A DNA stretch of 30,483 bases. Origin: a virus. Lineage: Duplodnaviria; Caudoviricetes. Below the pieces are notes generated by a model, which was not told the DNA's origin, searched no databases, and saw only the letters and a list, made by a program, of their open reading frames with translations. Of the stretch, positions 24,801 through 30,483 are shown in pieces. Where the stretch lies: IMG/VR virus record IMGVR_UViG_3300020043_000786, positions 1 to 30,483 of that record, one strand, 5' to 3'. The first letter of the stretch is position 1; each line of letters begins with the position of its first letter. The position numbers and the translations under genes were made by a program.

Positions 24801-26543
24801 GCCTAAAGTTCCACGCTTACACCAAACAGATTGAGTAAACTTTTGAGTATCACCGCTTTGTGTAAATGTCCGATTCAAATAAGCAGAAGCACTACTACGG
24901 AAACGCAATGAGTTATTTACTAACACAATTGGGGTTAGGTATCCGCTTGATGTGAATGTGTGGATTACATTACCGCCAGCTACAGTAACTGTACCGCCAG
25001 CCATTTGTTGAGTAGAGCCAGGGTAGGAGATGATTACTATACCGCTACCGCCTGAGCCACCATTACCAGTTGCAGAACCAGCACCACCACCACCGCCACC
25101 AAGTCCAGCAGTACCAGAAGATGCGCTTCCTGTTTGTGTACCAGCGCCACCGCCACCAGCACCACCTGTACCACCAGCCCTGCTTCCAACTGTAGTACCG
25201 CCACCACCTCCGCCACCTGCATAAGTTACAGATGAGCCTGAGATTGAAGATGCAGTTCCAGCTCCACCATTACCGCCTGCGCTAGAGCCAGCATTTACAG
25301 TTTGCCCAACAGCACTTGCACCTCCACCGCCACCAGCAATGCCGTATGTAGCACCGTCAGTGTATCCAGTACCACCAGCATTACCCTGACCAGAAGTACC
25401 AGCTCCACCAGCGCCACTATTACCGCCACCGCCACCAGAACCACCTGAATTCCCAGTTAGCGTTCCAGTTGCTTTACCGCCACCACCACCGCCAACGGCA
25501 GTAGTTGACACCATGCTAAATGCAGAATTTGAACCATTTGAGCCAGTCGTGCTATTAGAGTCTTGACCAGCTCCACCAGCTCCAACTGTTACAGCGTAGA
25601 TTGAGTTAGTGTCAATAGTTAAGCTAGAGCCAGATAAAAGACCACCAGCTCCAGCTCCACCGAAACTTCCGCCACCACCGCCAGCTACGATTAAATAGCT
25701 TGCTGTCAATGAAGACAATGGGCTTAGTGTGCCAGATGTATTGAATGTGTGAATTGTGTTGCCACCGACAGAGGTAACGACACCGCCACCGAATTGTTGT
25801 GCGCCTACATAGGAGATAATGACTACGCCTGAACCGCCTTGACCGCCAGCATTTGTTGCTCCTGAACCGCCACCTCCACCGCCTAGGTTAGCAGTTCCAG
25901 CACCGCCAATTCCATTTAAAGTTGCTCCAGCACCACCACCGCCTGAACCACCAGCACCGCCTGAACTAAATCCTCTACCGCCACCACCACCAGCATAAGT
26001 AACGCTAGAACCTGTAATGCTTGATGCAGTACCAGCACCGCCTGCGCCACCATTATTTGTTGTGCCGTTACTTCCTACTGCGCCAGCACCGCCACCACCA
26101 GCAGCCCCAGAATTATTTCCAGTACCACCATTATTACCTTGGCTTGGAGAAGTGCTTGGTGTATTACCAGCACCACCTGTTGATGTTGGGTCCCATCCTC
26201 CACCACCACCGCCTGAACCACCAGCTGACCCTAAACCGCCAGACGCTCCATTACCACCGCCACCACCACCAGCCGAAGTAATAGCATTAAATACCGAATT
26301 AGAACCATTTGTTCCATTTATTGAATCACTTTGACCGCCAGCGCCACCGCCACCTACAGTAACAGCGTAAGATTGGGTCGGATTAAGTGATGCAGTTCCT
26401 GTTCTAAATCCACCAGCACCACCACCGCCATTGCTACCACCAGCACCGCCAGCTACAACAAGGTAACTTGCAGAAACAGAAGACAGACCAGTCCAACCAA
26501 AGGCTGCTAGGGCTGCTGCACCAATTTTAGATAAGCGTGGCAT
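21831..26543 (-). CDS. Mosaic tail fibre/adhesin: three glycine-rich modules, ConA/LamG-like lectin, SPRY-like domain, C-terminal repeats
   Basis: 1570 aa; YLVVAGGG...GGSG.VIISY...IHTF.SSG modules x3; SLRF...FRDPSAWYHFVLAVDTT; GKYYWE...DVIGVALD; GFQPDWTWIK, GFRPRWIMVK, MAFAENPF. Confidence 0.88.
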   Translation of the reverse strand: MPRLSKIGAAALAAFGWTGLSSVSASYLVVAGGAGGSNGGGGAGGFRTGTASLNPTQSYAVTVGGGGAGGQSDSINGTNGSNSVFNAITSAGGGGGGNGASGGLGSAGGSGGGGGGWDPTSTGGAGNTPSTSPSQGNNGGTGNNSGAAGGGGAGAVGSNGTTNNGGAGGAGTASSITGSSVTYAGGGGGRGFSSGGAGGSGGGGAGATLNGIGGAGTANLGGGGGGSGATNAGGQGGSGVVIISYVGAQQFGGGVVTSVGGNTIHTFNTSGTLSPLSSLTASYLIVAGGGGGSFGGAGAGGLLSGSSLTIDTNSIYAVTVGAGGAGQDSNSTTGSNGSNSAFSMVSTTAVGGGGGGKATGTLTGNSGGSGGGGGNSGAGGAGTSGQGNAGGTGYTDGATYGIAGGGGGASAVGQTVNAGSSAGGNGGAGTASSISGSSVTYAGGGGGGGTTVGSRAGGTGGAGGGGAGTQTGSASSGTAGLGGGGGGAGSATGNGGSGGSGIVIISYPGSTQQMAGGTVTVAGGNVIHTFTSSGYLTPIVLVNNSLRFRSSASAYLNRTFTQSGDTQKFTQSVWCKRGTLGAFQTIGYTFFTGTYNGQMRFNSNDTLDIYVYYDGSSYTGQLSTTQVFRDPSAWYHFVLAVDTTQATASNRIKFYVNGVQVTAFGTANYPNQNQALVWNASGNTGYFINAQQGNQYFFDGYTTELNYIDGQALTPNSFGTSNGLGVWQPIRYGGSYGTNGFYLPFTNNIVTANYLVVAGGGGGGGGNSDRNGGGGGGGYQTSTLSISTGASYTVTVGAGGAQNVVGNNSIFSSITSIGGGEGGAGNEVGGSGGSGGGGTSDGSRAGGAGTAGQGNAGGQGWDPQSISGSGGGAGFAGKGGSGATDLSGGDGLASSISGSSTYYAGGGGGGKDSTQAWAGGLGGGGAGTNYPPSGLTGGAGTPNTGGGGGASTAGTGGAGGSGIVIISYAGSQQFNGGTVTSSGGNTIHTFTSSGTLGGFNIAADYSPNGNNWTANNISLTAGSTYDSMTDVPTLTSATASNFATLNPVAAGDYFASGQTSLTLSNANLNYGTSGRNAFGTIAVSSGKYYWEMSNTSNTASAVPLFGLVTVAARASVYGVYYQPNGNRGLGTLNSGASEAAYGATWTDNDVIGVALDMDAATPTVTYYKNNVSQGAISVSSFVGQSVMVWVQNGANSGNMSGWINHGQRPFSYTPPSGFVALNTFNLPTPTIGATASTTANKYMNIALYTGTGSSQSITGLGFQPDWTWIKERNASADHGLYDAVRGVQKQLESNNTDAETTETTGLTAFGSDGFTVGALAQLNTSADTYVAWNWKANGAGSSNTAGTITSTVSANTTAGFSIATYTGTGSTATIGHGLGVAPSMIIVKRRDSGSSGWSVYFITLAAGYVLSLQSTGAEANSPNRFTTTLPTSTVFSIGTDSDLNASGGTYVAYCFAPIAGYSAFGSYTGNGSSDGTFVYTGFRPRWIMVKRTDGGTEGWLIDNSACSPYNAISNWFFANNSNAEGSGVDHMDFLSNGFKNRFNGADTNSNGGTYIYMAFAENPFKYSNAR

Positions 26544-26554
26544 CTATAAAACCT

Positions 26555-27556
26555 TTAAGCGAATTTAGTTTGAGCTGCAAAGACTGTGAATGTTGCTGAT
26601 GCTGTTTTAAGTAATACGTAGGTATAACTGTCTATTGAGCTTGCGTTTCCACTAGTAGGAGCAGAGCCACCTTGCCATTTAGGGGTTACGGCACTTCCGT
26701 CTACTTGAACTGCTGAGTTGTAATAGGCTGTTGCACCCTGAGTAACCAAGAAAGTTACAGACATAGACTCGCCAGTAGACATAATGGTATCTAACGATGT
26801 ACCGCTAGAACCACGGAAGTTTACTGTCCAGTTTGCTGATGCGTTTGATGTGTAATATAAAACTGACTGGGTCGTAATGTCGTAGTTAATTGTGCCTGTC
26901 GCTGCCGTAGCTGAAACTGTGGCGGTCTCAATGATATTAGAGGTCTTTAGGTCTGCATTAGAAGACGTACCAGCAAAGGTCTGTAAAGCGGTAAATGTCG
27001 TTGCTGTGCCAGGTGCTACATAGTCTGTTCCTGCGGTGGCTGCGCTAAATGCTGAAGTGCCGTTGCCTTTTAAGACTCCAGTAAGGGTAGCTGCTCCCGA
27101 ACCGCCTGAAGCAACTGGAAGGGCTGTGCCAAGGGTCAGAGAAGTTAAATGAGTAACTGCATCTACTACGTTAGTCCCGTTGTTATAAACAAACATCGAC
27201 TTACCAGCGGCAACGGCAATACCTGTACCTGATGTATTTTTTACCGTGACCGCATCGGCTAAACCGTTGTTAATGAGGTAGAGCTTCTCAATTTGGCAAC
27301 CTGAACCGAGAATAAGATTCCTAGCACCGCCAGAAGTTCCAGTAAGATTTAAACGCAGATTACGAGCAGTTTGGGAGCCGTTTGTATCCGTTAGGGTAAC
27401 GGTAACGTCTGAACTAGAAAACGCTACGTCTGCCGATCCTGTAATGGCTTCTTGAAAAGCAATAGAGAAGTTGTTATTGGTCGTGGTACCCCAAGTACCA
27501 GTCTGTTCGCCAGTACCAATCAGCTCTATTTTTAAGTCACTATATGTCGATGCCAT
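26555..27556 (-). CDS. Tail fibre proximal/anchor structural protein
   Basis: 333 aa; MASTYS.LKIELIGTGEQ.GTWG.TTN N-terminus; C-terminal YYTSNASANWTVNFRG...PKWQGG.AP..GNASSID domain; AAGGA SD. Confidence 0.8.
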   Translation of the reverse strand: MASTYSDLKIELIGTGEQTGTWGTTTNNNFSIAFQEAITGSADVAFSSSDVTVTLTDTNGSQTARNLRLNLTGTSGGARNLILGSGCQIEKLYLINNGLADAVTVKNTSGTGIAVAAGKSMFVYNNGTNVVDAVTHLTSLTLGTALPVASGGSGAATLTGVLKGNGTSAFSAATAGTDYVAPGTATTFTALQTFAGTSSNADLKTSNIIETATVSATAATGTINYDITTQSVLYYTSNASANWTVNFRGSSGTSLDTIMSTGESMSVTFLVTQGATAYYNSAVQVDGSAVTPKWQGGSAPTSGNASSIDSYTYVLLKTASATFTVFAAQTKFA

Positions 27557-27585
27557 AATTTGTCCTTACCTGAATAATATCCATT

Positions 27586-28020
27586 TTATGCTGCTATTTC
27601 AACCCAATTTGGTGTCTGATTATCATTAATCGTAATCCAAACTGAAACAGAAGTTATGCTTGCCGTACAGCTAACTCCTACTACAAAAACGTCCAATGAA
27701 GGAATTACAGTTACGCTACCCACGCTGCCTACTGCTTGAAGCCCTGTAACTGGGGTATTAGCAGAGCCATTAACAGCAACACTTCCTATGCTGACTGTGC
27801 CTGCAACTCCTGTAACTAAAACATTTCCATCAGCTTCTACTAGTACGCTACCAACAAAGCCTGTTACCTGTAACCCCGTAACTGGAGCATTTGCGTCTGC
27901 TTCTACAGTCACAGAGCCTACTGACCCTGTTGCTACAAACGATATATTTCCTTCACCCCAAGCTGAGTCTCCCCAGCCTTGACTGCCAAAACCTCCTAAA
28001 GGTACAGTAACATCACTCAT
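27586..28020 (-). CDS. Short paralogue of the 22-aa-repeat structural protein
   Basis: MSDVTVPLGGFGSQGWGDSAWG, four full VTG-type 22-aa repeats, W..I.D.QTPNW C-terminus. Confidence 0.85.
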   Translation of the reverse strand: MSDVTVPLGGFGSQGWGDSAWGEGNISFVATGSVGSVTVEADANAPVTGLQVTGFVGSVLVEADGNVLVTGVAGTVSIGSVAVNGSANTPVTGLQAVGSVGSVTVIPSLDVFVVGVSCTASITSVSVWITINDNQTPNWVEIAA

Positions 28021-28853
28021 GCTGCTGTCCTAATAATTGTCCAATTTGGGGTTTGGTCATCGCCAATAATGCTCCAAATTAAAACATTTCCTACTTGTCC
28101 TGTACCCTGCACTCCCGTCACGCTAACATTAGCAGAGGCAGTAGTTGTTAAACTTCCTACACTAACTGTACCCGCAACGCCTGTAACTAACACTTCAATA
28201 CTAGGGGTAACTACTACAGTCCCTACTGCTACCGTACCTGCTACACCCGTAACATCTACAACTGCTGTGCCTGTTACAGAAGTACTGCCAAGTCCAACTG
28301 TACCTGCAACGCCTACAACAAAGACTCCGACACCTTCTTCAACCGTTACTGAGCCTACACTGCCTGTCGCATCTACTCCTGTGACTGGAACATCAGCTCC
28401 AGCCTGTGCTACAACAGAGCCTACAGAAGCAGTTCCTGATAAGCCTGTAACAGTGACATTTGATTCACCTGTAATAGTGACACTACCAATTTGTCCTGTA
28501 CTGATTACTCCAGTAACACTTACAACTGCCGTTCCCGTTGCCGTTGCGCTACCTAACTGTCCCGTGCCAGAAACGCCTGTTACATCGACATTAGAATCAG
28601 CTTGTACTGCTACTGAACCGACACTGCCAACCGCCTCTAAGCCTGTAACTAAAGCATCCGCACCAGCTTCTACAACTACAGAACCTATATTTCCAGTTCC
28701 AGAAACTCCAGTTACATCAACATTAACATCCGTTACTACAACGACTGTACCAACAGCTCCAGTGGCTACAAGGGATACACTTCCAACTCCCCAAGCAGAA
28801 TCACCCCAGCCTTGGCTGCCCCAGCCTCCTAACGGAACAATGACATCAGCCAC
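28017..28853 (-). CDS. Long paralogue of the 22-aa-repeat structural protein
   Basis: MADVIVPLGGWGSQGWGDSAWG, ten full 22-aa repeats (VxVTGVxGTGxVGSV...), W..I.D.QTPNW C-terminus. Confidence 0.88.
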   Translation of the reverse strand: MADVIVPLGGWGSQGWGDSAWGVGSVSLVATGAVGTVVVVTDVNVDVTGVSGTGNIGSVVVEAGADALVTGLEAVGSVGSVAVQADSNVDVTGVSGTGQLGSATATGTAVVSVTGVISTGQIGSVTITGESNVTVTGLSGTASVGSVVAQAGADVPVTGVDATGSVGSVTVEEGVGVFVVGVAGTVGLGSTSVTGTAVVDVTGVAGTVAVGTVVVTPSIEVLVTGVAGTVSVGSLTTTASANVSVTGVQGTGQVGNVLIWSIIGDDQTPNWTIIRTAA

Positions 28854-28860
28854 ACCTTAA

Positions 28861-29298
28861 TCACGCTATCCGAATAATGGCGTTACTTGAGTCTGCTGTT
28901 GGGAACACAATCGTAAATGTACCTGCTGTGGAAGTCTTAGCACCGCCAAAGTCTAGTACGCAAACCGTTGGATCACCAGCTGCGGTGTCGTTATAGATTA
29001 ATGCGCCAAATGCTGTAATGGTCGCAGAGGTAAACGATAGATCCGCAAAGTCAGTAAATGCAGTCGTACCTGTAGACGTAGGGGTTACGTTGGTTAATGT
29101 CCCACCACCTGCTACATAAGTACCAGAAGCCGCTACTTCATTACTAGCCGTATACGCTGTAGTCGCAGCCGTAAATGACGCTGAGTTGTCATACATAGCC
29201 AGTTTAAACGTATTACCCGTACCGTTTGTAAAGTTGTGTGTTGCTGTCATTAGTTGTACTTTGAAACTAGTACACATGAAGTTGCCTGTAAATGCCAT
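28861..29298 (-). CDS. Conserved virion structural protein
   Basis: 145 aa Thr/Ala/Gly-rich; MCTSFK, FKLAMY, Y.AGG..L, GALIYN, VLDFG, IIRIA; AGGAG SD. Confidence 0.8.
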   Translation of the reverse strand: MAFTGNFMCTSFKVQLMTATHNFTNGTGNTFKLAMYDNSASFTAATTAYTASNEVAASGTYVAGGGTLTNVTPTSTGTTAFTDFADLSFTSATITAFGALIYNDTAAGDPTVCVLDFGGAKTSTAGTFTIVFPTADSSNAIIRIA

Positions 29299-29301
29299 GA
29301 T

Positions 29302-29589
29302 TTACTCCTCTAAAAGTTTAATTAATTCAGGATGACCAGCTTCCCGTAGCTTGTGAGCTAGTGTTACACGATCAAATTTTACCGCTTCATTCATGTAAAA
29401 GACTAGAACTTCCCGAATATGATTCCTAAAAGCAATTGCTTGCTCCCGAACCAAAGGGTGAGACTGATCCCCTACCTGAATAATTTTATCTAATGCCCGT
29501 TCAGCGACTTCCTCTGGGGTAAAGCCACCGTGGTCTTTTGTAAATACTTGAATCCCGTTGGATTCACCTAATCCTTGTACGCTAATCAT
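29302..29589 (-). CDS. Conserved phage hypothetical protein
   Basis: 95 aa; GFTPEEVAERALDKII...REQAIAF motif; coupled to its neighbours. Confidence 0.75.
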   Translation of the reverse strand: MISVQGLGESNGIQVFTKDHGGFTPEEVAERALDKIIQVGDQSHPLVREQAIAFRNHIREVLVFYMNEAVKFDRVTLAHKLREAGHPELIKLLEE

Positions 29590-30245
29590 TTGACTTGATA
29601 CCTCACTTGTCCACTTCTGTAGGCGTCTTGACGCTCTTTTGCATCGCCTAATTGTTTGAGTTCTGCCATGGCTCTGCCATAACGTTCTTTGTATAAATTA
29701 ACTGCATCGGCATCGGATTTCATAAAATTAGCTGCTTCTAACAATGCACCATATAACAACACGGAATCAAAGTTTGTGCCTAACCAAGACGTTCCAGCCG
29801 TCACAATAGACTGCGGGTAGTAGAAATAATGAAGTTCTGTAGCGTAACTAGCGTCTGGGGTAGGTCCTAAAATAAAGGTGTTATCGTCAAATACAGCGTA
29901 ATACTGAGGTTCCGCATAAAAGTTGGCGTCCGTATCTGGGTAGGATTCACGGATAAAGTTAACATCTTTATTTAAAAGGTAGTGATACTCATTTGCCGCA
30001 TTAATCACCGCAATACTAAAAGTAGCCAGCCAGTCAGGAGGAGTTGCTAAGTACTTATTGCCACTTGTCATGTTACCTGTAACATTCTTACGAAAAGCAG
30101 GTAGCTGTACGGTATTAAAAACACTTTGCTCGGCAAGCTGTACAAAGCGGGCAATCTGTTCAGGAGACGTAAACGACCCGACTGTCGCTGGGAAGTCGTT
30201 CTCTGCAAACCCTTTAATAGCGGACGTTAACTGCGTGTAATTCAT
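29586..30245 (-). CDS. Putative head-tail adaptor / tail tubular protein A
   Basis: 219 aa; MNYTQL..AI, F..LAE, P.YYA, GPTPD..Y..ELHY, TSWL, LLYGALLEA pattern of adaptor proteins. Confidence 0.75.
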   Translation of the reverse strand: MNYTQLTSAIKGFAENDFPATVGSFTSPEQIARFVQLAEQSVFNTVQLPAFRKNVTGNMTSGNKYLATPPDWLATFSIAVINAANEYHYLLNKDVNFIRESYPDTDANFYAEPQYYAVFDDNTFILGPTPDASYATELHYFYYPQSIVTAGTSWLGTNFDSVLLYGALLEAANFMKSDADAVNLYKERYGRAMAELKQLGDAKERQDAYRSGQVRYQVK

Positions 30246-30483
30246 CCCATCTTCCCGCTAGACATACGACCTTTAGTAGCTGCACCAGCACCACGCATCT
30301 CAATCTTGCCATATTGATTTACGGGTTTACCATTACCTTTGCTAATACCGTCAACCGAGATATTCATAGTCGCCATTTCTTGTGCGCCAGTCATACCTTT
30401 AGAAGTCAGTCCTTTAGCAGAGATTGTCTTACCCTTCATCGTATGGGGAGGAGCATAGACTTTAGCGTCTCCAACTTCCTTGC
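30242..30483 (-). CDS. 5'-truncated small basic virion-associated protein (RGxGAATKG family)
   Basis: The frame stays open upstream of the tracked ATG 30439 to the window edge (KEVGDAKVYAPPHTMKGK...); C-terminal MRGAGAATKG. Confidence 0.7.
   Translation of the reverse strand, partial: KEVGDAKVYAPPHTMKGKTISAKGLTSKGMTGAQEMATMNISVDGISKGNGKPVNQYGKIEMRGAGAATKGRMSSGKMG

Larger units (their letters stand above)
1..30483. mobile_element. Tailed dsDNA bacteriophage genome segment (podovirus-like late operon plus end of early operon)
   Basis: Lysozyme, tail fibre, adaptor-like, nozzle-like and internal-virion-like genes in one tightly coupled operon with ATGA/TAATG overlaps; many small phage-type ORFs; no host housekeeping genes. 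Confidence 0.96.

Noticed and set aside
23842-26334. Pro-rich and His-rich + strand ORFs
   Set aside because: Reverse complement of GGT/GGC glycine runs in the fibre
23600-26450. ccaccaccg/ccagcacc repeats as CRISPR array or microsatellite
   Set aside because: Coding polyglycine; no fixed-length repeat-spacer structure and no cas genes
28069-28860. 263-aa + strand ORF (and 27788-27982)
   Set aside because: Antisense shadow of the Val/Gly/Thr repeat gene; such codons rarely give stops on the opposite strand
1-30483. Host assignment, lifestyle, promoters, tRNAs
   Set aside because: No integrase, att site, host flank or tRNA fold seen; intergenic gaps are about 30 bp or less and contain only SD motifs, so none can be supported

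Overview
A gene-dense (almost no intergenic DNA) fragment of a tailed dsDNA phage genome, podovirus-like by gene content. No integrase, tRNA, rRNA or CRISPR array is visible. Two convergent operons meet at 3697-3725. On the + strand (1-3725) is the end of an early/accessory operon of small genes: an SSB/DUF736-like C-terminus, an AT-hook protein, two LRDYFA-type paralogues, two small membrane proteins and a Ref-like HNH nuclease. On the - strand (30483 to 3697) is the late operon: head-tail adaptor, repeat-rich structural paralogues, a 1570-aa mosaic Gly-rich/lectin tail fibre, an EndoVII-type free-standing endonuclease, fibre chaperones, a lysis cassette, a nozzle/stabilisation-like protein, a GNAT-like protein, three internal (ejection) proteins and a 2479-aa polyvalent protein (ParB-like, HExxH, unnamed domain, ART, LPD38). 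Most notable: (i) the endonuclease sits in the 3' end of the fibre gene between two copies of the fibre C-terminus (KYSNAR/KYANAR) that differ at every codon; (ii) a recurring [YF]AxGG motif plus a lambda-gpH-like C-terminal domain in the ejection proteins, possibly a polyprotein-processing code; (iii) a domain-swapped, probably injected multi-effector protein. All family assignments come from motif recognition by eye, not database searches.
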